Shown piece after piece: positions 1 through 17,835 of a DNA stretch of 64,000 nucleotides. Location: the NCBI RefSeq assembly GCF_009914755.1, contig NC_060945.1; one strand, given 5' to 3'. A program made the translations under genes and the position numbers. Every line of letters begins with the position of its first letter. The first letter of the stretch is position 1. This stretch comes from the human T2T-CHM13v2.0 reference genome, Homo sapiens. Under the pieces are notes generated by a model. It saw only the letters and a program-made list of their open reading frames with translations, did no database searches and had not been told where the DNA came from.

Positions 1-169
1 ATAATACAAAATAAAAATATTTTTTATTATTTAGTACACACTATTTGTATTATTTAGTACCACACTTTTTGCAAACCGTGAGCATACATCCAAGCTTCCC
101 TAAATATACACACACTCGAGGTTGTGTTTATAAGAGCTTTATGGTTGCAAGTTTTGTGAATAATCTTTA

Positions 170-560
170 ATCCTTTTGAGTTAAAGTGTTTTTTTTGGTA
201 CCACAAGAGTCCTGTATTATTTAGTACCACAAGAGTCCTGTATTATTCTTTTGCATATGGATATCTAGTTTTGGAAACCTTCCCCATTGTGTTGTTTTGG
301 TGGTGTTTTGAAAAATGTGTTCACTCTGTGTAAATTTGTGTTTATTATTGAGCGCTCTCATTTTGCTCACTGGTCTGTGTTTCTCTGTGTATGCCAGTAA
401 CATATGGATTGGTTAACTAGGGATTTTCGTTTAATTCGAACTCAGGGAATGTGATGCAGCCCATATGGTTTGTATTTCTCAGGATTGCTTTAGAAATTCA
501 GGGTGTTTCGTATTTCCACATAAATTTTGGCATTGTTTCTTTGTATTTCTTAAAACACTA
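170..560 (-). mobile_element. Old L1 (L1M-type) ORF2 fragment, antisense
   Basis: T-rich strand with L1 ORF2 antisense motifs (ttttgcatatggatatctagttt, ccccattgtg, atgccagta, ttccacataaatttt). Highly diverged; edges approximate. Confidence 0.6.
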
Positions 561-564
561 TTTG

Positions 565-1465
565 CCATACACTAAGTGTATATAAGTAGAGGGTACAAGG
601 AAGATTTCGATACATGTATATGTTGAGTAATGAAAAAATCAAGTTATTTAGCATCTCTTCACCTCATAGTTACTACTTTTTGAGTGGTAACAACATTCAG
701 AATCTTTCCTTCTAGCTACTTTGAAATATATGATACATTTGTATTAAGGCTAGTCACCCTGCTGTAGAATAGAAGACCAGAATTGATTACTGTCATCTAA
801 GAGTAACTTTGTACCCATTACTGATTCCTTCCCCGACCCTCTCCACCTCCCCAGCAGCCTCTGGTAATCCCTATTGAACTTTCTACTTCTAGGAGATAAA
901 GCTTTTTTCAGTCTACATGTCTGAGATCACGTGGCATGGGACTTTCTCTGCCAGGCTCATTTGTTGGACCTGATGTTCTCCAGGTTTCTTCATGTGGCTG
1001 CAGATGGCAGGATTTCCCAAAGCTTTATGGCTGAAACATATTCCGTGGTGTATCTGTATGGCAGTTTCTTCATCCCTGAAGCTGTGTACGGACAGGTAGG
1101 TTGGTTTTGTATCTTGGCCACAGTTAGGGGTGCTTTAGTACCCATGGGAAGGCAGGTAACTCTCTTCAACCTAGGGATTTCAAGTGCTTTAATTGTGGAA
1201 CCAGTGATGGGGCTTCTAGCTGACATGGTAGTTGTACTGTGAATTTTTTCAGGAACCTCTAGCTGTTTTTCATAGTGTGTATACTAATTTACATCCCCAC
1301 CAATAGCATTTAAGAGGTTTCTCTTCTGTAAGTCTACACTGGCTGTCACCTTTAAAAATTTGTGTTTTGTTTGTCTTTGGTAGTATTCATTCTGAGTGGA
1401 ATGAGATGGACTCTTAGTGTGGTTTTTGTGGACATTTTTGTGAGGATTGGTGATGTCGAGAAAGT
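565..1465 (-). mobile_element. L1MA/L1PB-like 3' UTR and ORF2 end, antisense
   Basis: Motifs gggtacaa...gatacatgtata...taatga...atcaag, ttctagctactttgaaatata, tagtcaccctgctgt and tactaatttacatccccaccaa match the reverse of an old L1 3' end. Confidence 0.7.
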
Positions 1466-1469
1466 TATT

Positions 1470-2200
1470 TGAGAAATCCCCACATCGTTTTCCATGGTGT
1501 CTGAACTAGTTTGCATTTCTACCAACAGCAGACCAGCATCCTCTCCTCCTCTGCCTCGCTGGCATTCATTCTTGTGGACTGTGTCATAATTGTCATTCCG
1601 ACCAGTGTGAAATACTATCTCATGGGCCTTTTGCTTTGCATTTCTCTGATGATTACTGAGGTAGAGAAATGTCCTGTCCGTTGGTTGCTATAAACCTTCC
1701 TTTGAGATGTGTGTTTTCATGCCCTTTGCCCTTTCTTCACTGAGTTTTTGTTTTGCTGATTTATTTGCTTAACATTTTTGAGGTAGATCCTGGAAATCAG
1801 ACTTCATGAGATGCATATGTGGGGACATTTTCTCCCATTGTGTAGGCTTTCTGTTTACTCTGTTGGTAATTTCTTCTGCTGTTCAGCAGCTCTTTTATAT
1901 ATTAGGTCCCACTTGTCAATAATTGTTTTAGTTGCACTTGCTTTTGGGGACTTAGGCATATCCATGCTGTGCCAAATCCTCTGTCAGGAAGTGTATTTCC
2001 TAGGTTCCCTTGCAGGCTTTTAATAGTTTGAGGTCTTGCATTTACAGCTTTCATTCATCTTGCGTTAATTTCTGTACATGGTGAGACACAGGGGCCCACT
2101 GTTTTTCTTCTGCAACTGGCTAGCCGTTTTATCCCAGCACCATCTATTGAGAGGAGGGAGTTCTTTCTCCAAAGCTTGTTTGTGTGGTTTTTGTTGAAGA
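1470..2200 (-). mobile_element. L1PA/L1PB-like ORF2 3' fragment, antisense
   Basis: gagaaatccccaca...ttgcatttctctgatgatta...tctcccattgtgtaggc...attaggtcccacttgtcaat...tcccagcaccatctattga. Confidence 0.75.
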
Positions 2201-2249
2201 TGAAGAAATAGTGTCAACCTGGTGTTTGATGTCCAATGTTCACCAGGCT

Positions 2250-3560
<1,311 letters not shown>

Positions 3561-3574
3561 TATATAACTGGGTA

Positions 3575-3960
3575 ATGTGGATGGATTCTAATAAAGGGAC
3601 TACTTACAGCACAGCAGGAAAGACACAAAGAAACCAGACAGAAGAGTGTAAGTAGTAAGGGGCCAAGCAGTCACCTGACTAGAGAGAGTGCCAGCTTGCC
3701 AAGAAGGCACCAGACAGAAGCTGTGATCTTCAGCAAAGGGACACAGTCTGCCTGTGCTGACCCTGCAGGGGCAGAGGTGGGGGATAAACACACTCTTCTC
3801 TCACCTATCTTCTGCCACCCCCTCCATTAGCTGAACCCCAATAAAAGCATGAGGGTAAGGGAGATCTCTGCAGTATCCAATTCAGGTGAGCCTCCTAAGG
3901 AACAAAGCAGAACGTAGAAAAATTAAGAATGGGTCTAGGGAATAAAATAGAGATATGCAC
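3575..3960 (-). mobile_element. Ancient ERVL-class LTR (LTR33/LTR41-like)
   Basis: ccattagctgaacccc...gagggtaagggag...tgcagt...aggtgagcctcc...agcag...gggtctaggg...agatatgcac resembles the reverse complement of the LTR33/41 5' end. Confidence 0.5.
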
Positions 3961-4238
3961 CGGAGTATGATGATGTGTCTGGGAAAGAATATACAAATAC
4001 TTTTAAAATTACTAGACAATAAACCTGAGATGACACTAATACAGGTAAATCTCATTTAATGGTAATATATTCCAAGAAATGCATCATTACGTGATTTTGT
4101 GGCTGTGCAGACACCATAGAATGTAGTTTATACAAACCTAGACAGTGTAGCCTACAACATACCTAGGCTATATCGTACAGCCTATTGCTCCTGGGCTACA
4201 CACCTGTGCAGCACGTCACTGTGCTGAATACAGTAGGC

Positions 4239-4878
<640 letters not shown>

Positions 4879-4942
4879 CTGTAGGCAGTTATATCACAAT
4901 AGTAATATCTAAACATGGAAAAGATACAGTAAAAACATAGTA

Positions 4943-5264
<322 letters not shown>

Positions 5265-5879
5265 CTAGCATGAACAGAGGTTGCAGGACTGGCAGTTGCT
5301 CTGATGAGTCAGTGAGTACTTGGTGAGTGAATGCAAAGGCCTAGGATATTACTGTACATAACTATAGACTTTATATGCACTGTACACTTAGGCTACACTA
5401 AATGTATTTGAAATTTTTCTTTCTTTAACAAGTTCATCTTAGCTTATCGTAACTTCATAAACTTTTAATTTTTTTAACTTTTTGATTCTTATAATAACAC
5501 ATCTTAAAACAAAAACACATTGAACAGCTGTACAGAAATACTTTATATCCTTATTCGATAAGCTTTATTTATTTTTATTTTTTATGTTTTAAACTTTTTT
5601 GTTAAAAACTAAGATACAAACACACACACTAGCTTAGCCCTGTAAGGGTCAGGATAATCAATATCACTGTCTTCCATCTCCAAATCTTGTCCCAGTGAAA
5701 GGTCTTCAGGGTCTTCAAGGGCAATAACATATATGCAGCTGTCATCTTCTATGATAACAAGGCTTTCTTCTGGAAGAACTCCTGAAAGACCTTCCCGACG
5801 CTGTTTTATAGTTAATTATTTTTCATGAGTAGAAGTACTACACTCTAAAATATGAATAAAATGTATAGTATTGTAAATA

Positions 5880-6292
5880 CTGTTGATCCTTGAACAGTGC
5901 AAGGGTTAGGGGACCAGCTCCTGTGCAGTTGAAAATCCATATATAACTCTGGGCTATCCCCAAACTTAACTACTAATAGCCTATTCTTAACTGCAAGCTT
6001 TGCTGATCAAATAAACAATTAATGCATAATTTGTTAATTATATACTGTATTCTTAAAGAAAGAGAAAAGAAAATTCTATTAAGAAAATCATAAGGAGGAG
6101 AAAATATGTTTACTGTTCATTAAGTGAAAGTGGATCATCATAAAGGTCTTCGTCTGCATATTCATGTTGAGCAGCCTGAGGAAGAGAAGAGGAGAAGTTG
6201 ATCCTGTTGTCTCAGGGGTGGGAGAAACAGAAGGAAATTTGCATATAAGTGAACTTGTGCATTTCAAATCCATGCTGTTCAAGGAGCAACTG
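5880..6292. mobile_element. Tigger2a (MER28-type) element nested in Tigger3b
   Basis: TIRs ctgttgatccttgaaca / tgttcaaggagcaactg with TA target duplication (5878-5879, 6293-6294); internal aacttaactactaatagcct and gtggatcatcataaaggtcttc. Confidence 0.88.
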
Positions 6293-6705
6293 TACATAAA
6301 CTAGTCACATGGTCATTTATTATCATTAACAAGTATGACATATGGTACATAATTAGATGTGCTAACCTTTAATGCCACTGACAAATGTAGTGGGTTTGCT
6401 TATACCAGCCTCACTGCAAACACATGAGTAATGCGTTGTGCTATGATGTCATCATGGCCACAGTGTTACTAGATGGTAAGAATTTTTCAGCTCTGTTATC
6501 TTAAGCGACCACCATTGTATGCAGTGTAGCATTTACCAAAAAACCATTATGCCACACAGGACCATATTTGGGGCTTTTAGTGTCCCCTGTCCCCAAGATC
6601 CTTCTATTCAAAATGTGAGCTCATGCATGGTTTAAAATTTGTGATGGTGTGCAGTGGACACATGGTGGATTGACATATTTTTTTCTTTACTTTTGAATAG
6701 TTGGA

Positions 6706-7006
6706 TTTTTTTTTTCAAGACAGAGTCTCACTCTGTCACCCAGGCTGGAGTGCAGTGGCGCGATCTCAGCTCACTGCAAGCTCGCAAGCTCTACCTTCTG
6801 GGTTCACGCCATTCTCCTGCCTCAGCCTCCTGAGTAGCTGGGACTACAGGTGCCCACCACCAGGCCCAGCTAATTTTTTTGTATTTTTAGGCGAGACTGG
6901 ATTTCACTGTATTAGCCACGATGTTCTTGATCTCCTGACCTCCTGATCCGCCCACCTTGGCCTTCCAAAGTGCTGGGATTACAGGTGTGAGCCACCAAGC
7001 CCAGCC
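6706..7006 (-). mobile_element. AluY-like element, antisense, with internal 8-bp tandem duplication
   Basis: cactgcaagctc and gggttcacgccattctcc (AluY diagnostics); gcaagctc doubled at 6776-6791. Confidence 0.92.
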
Positions 7007-7014
7007 GAAGATGA

Positions 7015-7850
7015 CTTCTTAAAATAGACACGAAGTATGAAAATACTTGTAGCCCAAGTAAATTCTTATTAGAGGGAATCCACTGAAGAGGAGTAATCGT
7101 ATGCATACAATGACATGTTATATAATAGATGTTAGTCAGCTGATACTTGTTCAATGGGCTCATGAACAGATGCACATAATATTAAGGATAGAAGGTATTC
7201 ACGACTTTACATAATCAAATTGTATCTGGACCAATGTAGAACAACTAAGGCTAATATGACAGCCTTCCCTCAGGGGCTACCCAGTCAACTTGCAGATTGA
7301 TGACATTGAAACCCATCCCTCAGGGATTTTGTTCTCACTGAAATAGACACTTATTCTGGGTACGAACTCACCTTTTACATTTGCAATTTTTCTGCTGGTA
7401 CTACCATGAGTGAACTTAAATAATTTGTTATTCACCATCATGATATCCCATACAACATTGTTTTTGACTAAGGAATTCATTTCACTGCAAAAAAAATATG
7501 GTATTAGGCTCATGTTTGTGCAATTCATTGGATTTACAACATAATCCCTATCACCTAGAAGAATCTGACATGATGGAATGGAATCATGTAACTCAGTTAA
7601 TGCTCCCAGCTGGTAAACAACACATAGTGAGGTTGGGATGTTGTCCTACAGTGTGTGGTATAAACTTAGAGTCAGTGACCACCGTGTAGTGTTATTTATC
7701 TTACAACAAAAACACATGAATCTGAAAGTCAAGGGGAGGGGGCTCCCTGCACTATTATGCCTAATTTGCACTTGCAGACTTTTTCTTCCCTTTTGTGAAA
7801 CTTTGGGTTCTCCTCATTTAGAGATAATGATTCCCCAGGGAGGAAACTAA
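7015..7850 (+). mobile_element. ERVL pol remnant (RNase H C-terminus, integrase, start of dUTPase)
   Basis: Decayed codons for ERVL motifs: caatgggctcatgaacag (QWAHEQ), gttctcactgaaatagacacttattctgggtac (VLTxIDTYSGY), atcccatacaacatt...ggaattcatttcactgca (IPxxI..GxHFTA), cctatcacctagaa. Multiple stops. Confidence 0.8.
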
Positions 7851-7852
7851 CT

Positions 7853-8910
<1,058 letters not shown>

Positions 8911-9150
8911 TTAAGATGACAGGTTTCATTAAGTGGAAGCTGAAATACCATTTGGGGATATTTAGTTCTTCTTGAAACTAACGGTAAAGAAAACAGCAGA
9001 CCTATTAACAGGTAATTGATCTAGAGATAGCCAAGGTGAAATTGGGTTTCTCTATTCAGTAGGGGCAGGGAGGACTATGTGTGGAACACAGGAGTATCTC
9101 AGTCATTCCATGTGTGATAGTACATGAAAGAGATGAGCAGTTGTAGTGCT
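8911..9150 (+). mobile_element. ERVL dUTPase remnant (continues 7015-7850)
   Basis: tcattaagtggaagctg (xLxWKL), gtaattgatc (VID), caaggtgaaattggg (QGEIG), gaggactatgtgtggaacacagga (EDYVWNTG). Confidence 0.7.
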
Positions 9151-9570
9151 GTTCACTGTGCAAAAGTATCCCTTCTTCCTAACGTGGGAGGGCTGCTTTT
9201 GCAAATATGTCTGTGCTATTTCTCACTGGTCCTGCCTCTTCTGTTCTTGGAATCAAACTCAGTCCACGACAGATCCCACTACTAGCTGAATTTCTTTATT
9301 AGTCCTATCACAAATGAAATTTTGTATTAGCACCTCAGGGGATTTCTTTAATTTTGCAAAAGTATGTCATCCTAATTTATTATTTTTTTCCTAAGATCTG
9401 GCAATGAGCATCGGTTCTCTGCTTCCTATCTTACCCTGCTCACTCACAGCTGCTTCAGGTGACCTCCTTTTTAGGTTCAGAGTTATGGCTGACCTCGGCT
9501 TTAATCAAAACGAATGTATTTTGGTTTCTCATTTTGTTTATTGCTTCTGTCTTCAAATTAGAAATCCTAG

Positions 9571-9883
<313 letters not shown>

Positions 9884-9889
9884 GATTTT

Positions 9890-10492
9890 TATGACCATGA
9901 ATGGGGACAGATTTCTTAAACAGATCACAATGAGCCATAGTTTTAAGGGAATAAGTTGATAAATTAGACTATATTCAAATTAAGAATTTCTGTTTATTAA
10001 GAGACACCACTAAGAAAGTGACAAGACAAGTTGCAGAGTGGAAACAGATCTATGAACACAGAACTGACAGAGGGCTCACATCAACAATATGTAAAGAGCT
10101 CTTAAAAATCACTAAGAGAAAGAACAATGGGTAAAACACTTAAACGTGTAATTTATAAAAGCAAAACTTGAATGTGTTCAGCTTTCTTAGTATTCATGTA
10201 AATGCAAATTAACATCACAACAGGATAACATATCCTCCAAAACGGCTAAAATGTAAAAGATAGAACACCAAGTGTTGGAGAGAATCTGGAGCAACAAGAA
10301 CTCTCATCACTGCTGGAGGGGATACTGTGTTTGGCATTGAATAAAGGTTCTAGAAAGGAGCACATTTAGGACTCAGGTATTTCACTCTTAGGATAACAGA
10401 AACGCATGCACATCTGCATCAAAAGACATCTATGGAAATGTGTGTGGCATCATTCTCTGTCATTGGAAAAATATCTTGAAACAAAACCCAAA
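9890..10492 (+). mobile_element. Old L1M (L1MC/ME-like) ORF2 3' fragment
   Basis: agatttcttaaacag...ttgataaattagactatattcaaattaagaatttctgtt...aatgcaaattaa...accaagtgttggagagaat...gagcaacaagaactctca. Confidence 0.75.
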
Positions 10493-10494
10493 TG

Positions 10495-11260
10495 TGACTT
10501 CTGTTTTCCAGCTTGGAAGCTGTCACTCCTGTCCTCACAACGACAACAAAAAACACCTTGAACAAACTGAAAATTACAACTTTTCTTAGATCCATCAGAG
10601 ACTTGAGGTTAACAGGGAAAACCGTTATCCCCCAAATTGGAGAGGCAGTGAGTCCCAGCCTAACAGGATCGGAGGCTGGCCACTGGAGCCAGAACCACGG
10701 TGGGAAGACTTACATGTAAACAACAAATCGCTGGAGGCTCCATGCACATAAACTTGAGAATTAAGAATTAAGGGAGCCCAGTCTTAGGGGGCCCTACACT
10801 TTCATGAACCTCCAAGAGCTCTGCCAGACGCTCTTATGCACATCAGAGAAAAATTCCCTCCTGCTTCCCACAGGGAAGGGGAAAAGTAACTACTTTGAAA
10901 TATGCCCTGGGTGTTCCGTTCTCCTTAGCAAAAGCCTGCCCCAGGGAAACCATTTCACAAGAGTCTAACCACCTTGGGCTTTAGCAGGGCCTAACACCTG
11001 TTAGAATAAGAATAAAAATTGCATCAAACTTTTCTTCAGAACCCATGCAAGCAAGCAAAAAAATTCCACCAAACTAAAATTCTGTATCCTGCAAAATTAT
11101 CTTTCCAAAGTGAAGAAAAAGACTTTCTCAGAGAAACACAAATTTGCTGTCAGTAGATCTGTCAAAATGTTAAAAGAAGTTATCCAGAGAGAAGAAAATG
11201 ATATAGGCTAAAAACTTGGATCTACATAAAGAAAAAAGGTTTTAGAGAAGGAAGAAAGGG
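10495..11260 (+). mobile_element. L1MD/MC-like 5' end and ORF1 C-terminal fragment
   Basis: gcttggaagctgtcactcctgtcctcacaac...gaacaaactgaaaat...cttagatccatcagag (L1M 5' end); aaattctgtatcctgcaaaattatctttc (ILYPAKLSF of ORF1p). Confidence 0.65.
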
Positions 11261-11565
11261 GCTTCCTGCCTCCCTCCTCCATGGGGCACTGGTGCTATGC
11301 CCAGCACCCAGATGCCCCTACCCAATGCTGAATAAGAACACAGAGCACCATGAATGGCTGGCTCTAAAAGGAAAAGTGGAAGACTTGTGTTCTCAACCCA
11401 CAGCTGCTACTGCTACATTTAAAGACACTGCAGTGAACATTGTAAGTTCTCTGGCTCATGGAGGGAGGAATCTATTCCAAAGACTCTGAGAAAAACTGTA
11501 AATTAAACAAAAATATGGTGAAAGCTGGTTCCTGAGCTTTATTGATGTTAATAATGCACCTTATT

Positions 11566-11878
11566 GGCCAGGCACAGTGGCTCATGACTGTGATCTCAGC
11601 ACTTTGGGAGGCCAATGTGGGAGGATCACAAGGTCAGAAGATCGAGTCCAGCCAGGCCAACATGGTGAAACCCTGTCTCTACTAAAAATACAAAAATTAG
11701 CTGGGTGTGGTAGCACGTGCCTGTAATCCCAGTGACTCAGGAAGCTGAGGCAGGAGAATCGCTTGAACCCGGCAGGTGGAGGTTGCTGTGAGCTGAGATG
11801 GCACCACTCCACTACAGCCTCGTGACAAAGGAAGACTACCTCTCAAAAAACAAAAAACAAAAACAAAAAAACAAAAAA
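11566..11878 (+). mobile_element. AluS (Sg/Sc-like) element with A-rich (A5-7C)n tail
   Basis: Full dimeric Alu from ggccaggcacagtgg to ctcaaaaaacaaaaaac. Confidence 0.92.
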
Positions 11879-13070
11879 CTGGTCACCTTTTCACCATATA
11901 CAAAAATTAACTCAGGTTGGATTAAAGATTTAAATTTAAGACCTCAAACTAAAATAAACCTGGAAGAAAAACTTCAAAAGTACCATTCTGGATATGGGCT
12001 ATGGGAAATAATTCATGACTAAGACTTCAAAAGAAATTGCAACAAAAGCAAAAGTTGACAAATGGGACCTAATTAAACTAAAGAGCTGCCACACAGCAAA
12101 GGAAACCATCAGCAGAGTAAACAACCTACAGAATGGGGGAAATTATTCACAAACTATGCATCCAACAAAGGTCTAATATTTAGAATCTATAAGGAACATA
12201 ATTCAACAAGCAAAACACAACCCCATTTAAAAAGGGGCAAAAGACATAGACACTTCTCAGAAGGAGACATACATGCAGCCAACAAACATGAAAAAAATGC
12301 TCATCATCACTAATCACGAGGGAAATGCAAATCAAAACCACAATGAGATATTATCTCACACCAGTCAGAATGGCTATTTTTAAAAAGTAAAAAAAAAAAA
12401 TAGCAGATACTGGCGAGGATAAGGAGAAAAGGGAATGCTTATACACCTTTGGTGGGAATGTAATTTAGTTCAGCCACTGTGGAAAGCAATTTGGAGATTT
12501 CTCAAAGAACATAAAACCGAACTAACATTCAACCCAGCAGTCTCATTACCGAATATGTATCCAAAAGAAAACAAATCATTCCACCAAAAAGACATATGCA
12601 CTTGTATGTTTATTGCAACACTATTCACATTAGCAAAGACATGGGATCAACCTAGGTGCCCATCAACAGTGGACTATCAACAGTGGACTGGATAAAAATG
12701 TGGTACATATAGACCATGGAATACTATGCAGCCACAAAAAAGAATGAAATTATGTTCTTTGAGGGAAAATGGCTACAGCTGGAATCCAGGAAGTGAACTA
12801 ATGTAGTAACAGAAAACAAACGCCTCATGTTCCTATAAGTAGGAGCTAAATTCTGAGTACCCATGGATATGAAGATGGTGAAAATAGACACTAGGGACTG
12901 CTAGGAGGGGGAGGGAGGAAGGAAAAGGTTGAAAAACTGCTGAATACCATGTTCAGTACCTGGGTGTTGGGATCATTCACACCCCAAACCTCAGCACCAC
13001 ACAATACACCCAGGTAATAAACCTGCACATGTAGACCCTGAATCTAACATAAAAGTTGAAAAAGAAAAAA
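11879..13070 (+). mobile_element. L1PA15/16-L1PB-like 3' end (ORF2 C-terminus, 3' UTR, A tail)
   Basis: caccatatacaaaaattaactc, aaatgggacctaattaaactaaagagc, caccagtcagaatggc, ccaaacctcagca, aacctgcacatgta. ORF 12435-12695 is L1 ORF2-like (HLWWECNLVQPLWK). Confidence 0.92.
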
Positions 13071-13714
13071 CAGAATGGAATCTCTGTTTATTCTCAACAT
13101 ATCAGTTGTGCCTTTCCTCAATTTGAAACTCTCACTATTGGCTATATTTGGGGGTGCCCTATTTCCCATCTCATAACTTATTTTAAGAAACACAGCATAA
13201 TAATGTGTGGGTTTGGGATTCAGTTTTTGAAAAAAAACACTGAGCCTTCAATGAACTTCCGGTCCATGTAAAAGCACACCTGTCTGCATGGCAGCACTAG
13301 GACCTCACAATGTGGATTGTGCCTTCACCCAGGAATGTTTATGCCCTATCGCCATGGTGATGGGATTAGAAATCTCCTGCCCTTGGTCATAAGTGCCACT
13401 GTCTGGGCTGAGTTTTTCAAAGGTCAGAGCAGATTGAAATTTTGTGGGTTCATTTTCCCTGATTTTGATTTTTCTTAAGGGGAACCTGTGTTCCTCCAAT
13501 CGAGGTATGTTCATACTGGCCTGTCAAATGCGATCTTTTCAAATTATTAGTTAATACTTTCAAAATTTGTTATTTAAAAAATTATCCTCTGTATTTTCCA
13601 TATGCAGTTATAAATATGTTTCATGGTTATGTTTTATTCCTCAATATACATATTTGATTATTTTACCAAGCAGAGTACCTTTGAAATTTTTCTTCATTTA
13701 AAAAATATGGATCT

Positions 13715-14006
<292 letters not shown>

Positions 14007-15563
14007 TTATATATATATAATAAATGACATATGTAATATATAATATATATCATATATAATATGTCCTAATATATGATATATATAATATATATGCTATGTC
14101 ATTTACATATATTATATATAATATATATGACATAGAATATATATTATATGAAATATATAATTTATTGTATATAAAATGTTATATATATTATATATTATAT
14201 ATTATATATAATATATATGATAATATTATATAATATATATTACATATATGTCATTATATATATGATATATAATATGTGATATATAATATATATAATATAT
14301 TTCATATGTAATATATTATATATGATATATATTATATATGATATAAATTACATATATGATATATATTATATATTGTGTATGATATATGATATGTAATATA
14401 TATGACATATATAAAATATATATATTACATATATATTATAAGATATGTAATATATTATATTGTATTATATATCATAATATATATTATAATTATTATTTAA
14501 TTTAATATTATTATATATTATATAATATTATATTATTCTATATAATATATATATTATATGTTTAATATAATATATAATAATATAATGTACTTATGATATA
14601 TTATATATCATATATATTATATACTATATATTATATATAATATAAACTATATGTTATATATAATATATAGTATATATTATATACTATATATTATATATAT
14701 TATATATTATATATAATATAAACTATATGTATTATATATTATATAATATATAATGTATATAGTATATATTATATATTATTATATAATTATATAGAATTGT
14801 ATAAATATAATTATATATAATTATATAAATATAATTATATATAATTATACAATATATATAATTATATATTTTATATTATATTATATATAATATATATAAT
14901 ATCAGGATGCAGGATGTAAAAGGAAATATCTATAATATATATATTATATATATTTTATATTATATTATCTATAATTAAATATATATATATAAATATTTGG
15001 GGGTGTCCTATTTCGAATCTAATAACTTATTTTAAGAAGCACAGCATAATAATATGTGGGCTTGGGATTCAGTTTTTGAAACAGAACAATGAGCCTTCAA
15101 TGACCTTCCTGTACATGTAAAAGCACAACTGTCTGCATGGCAGCAGTTGGACCTCACAATGTGGATTGTGCCTTCACCGTGGAATGTTTATACCCTATCG
15201 CCATGGTGATGGGATTAGGGATCTCCTGCCCTTGGTCCTAAGTGCCACTGTCTGTGCTGAATTTTTCGAAGGTCACAGCAGATTGAACATTTGTGGTTTC
15301 ATTTTCCCTGATTTTGATTTTTCTTATGGGGAACCTGTGTTGCTGCATTCAAGGTATGTTCATACTGGCCTGTCAAATGCGAACTCTTCAAATTACTAGT
15401 TAATGCTTTCAAAATATCCTATTTAAAAAATTATCCACTGTATTTTCCATATGCAGTTATAAATATGTTTCATGGTTATGTTTTATTAATCGATTTATAT
15501 ATTTGATTATTGTACCAAGCAGAGTACCTTAGAAATTTTTCTTCATTTAAAAAATATGTATCT

Positions 15564-15936
<373 letters not shown>

Positions 15937-17465
15937 CTATATATAATATATATAATATATAGTATCATATATATGATATATCATATATATGATACAGTAT
16001 ATATAATATAAATTATATATAATACATCATATATATGATATATATTATATAATATATATTATATATCACATATATGATATATCATATTATATATATGATA
16101 TGTCATATATAATATGATATATAATATATATTATATATATGATATGTCATATATAATATGATATATATATAATATATATTAAATATAATATATATATTTA
16201 ATCTATAATATGTAATATGTTATAATCTATAATATATATACTGTATATTATATATCATGGTATATGTGATATATATTATATATCACGTATGGTATATAAT
16301 ATGATATATATTATTTTTCATATATGATATATACTATATAAGATAAAATACATATATAACATATATGATATATAATATATGTTATATATTATATTTTATA
16401 TAATTATCATATAATTATACTATACATTATATATAATATATCATAATATATTATATATTATATACTTATATATAACATAAAATTATATATTATATACTTA
16501 TATATAACATAAAATTATATATTATATATAATAATATATTTTATATAAAATATAATATATATTATATTATCTATTATATATGATATATATTATATATGAC
16601 ATATATTTTATATAATCTATATTATATACTGTATGTCATATAATTTATTATATAATATATATTATGTATAATATATTTTATAATATATATAATTATATAT
16701 TATATGTAATTATATATATAATTATATATAATTACATATATAATTATATTACATATATTGCATGTAATAATTATCTATTATTATATATTATATTATATAT
16801 AATATATATAAGGATGCAGGAGGTAAAAGGAAATTATATATATAAATATATAATACATATATATTATATATAATTATGTATACTTATATATATAATATTT
16901 GGTGGTGCTCTATTTCTCATCTCATAAATTATTTTAAGAAGCACAGCATAATAATGTGTGGGCTTGGGATTCAATTTTTGAAACAAAACACTGAGCCTTC
17001 AATGAGCTTCCTCTACCTGTAAAAGCACACCTGTCTGCATGGCAGCTGTTGGACCTCACAATGTGCATTGTGCCTTCACCCTGGAATGTTTATGCCCTAT
17101 CGCCATGGTGATGGGATTAGGCATCTCCTGCCCTTGGTCTTAAGTGCCACTGTCTGTGCTGAATTTTTCAAAGGTCAGAGCAGATTGAGCCTTTGTGGTT
17201 TCATTTTCCCTGATTTTCATTTTTCTCATGGGGAACCTGTGTTGCTGCATTCAAGGTATGTTCATACTGGCCTGTCAAATGCAAACTCTTCAAATTACTA
17301 GTTAATGCTTTCAAAATATGTTATTTAAAAAATTATCCTCTGTATTTTCCATATGCAGTTATAAATATGTTTCATGGTTCTGTTTTATTCCTCAATTTAT
17401 ATATTTGATTATTGTACCAAGCAGAGTACCTTTGAAATTATTTTTCATTTAAAAAATATATACCT

Positions 17466-17835
<370 letters not shown>

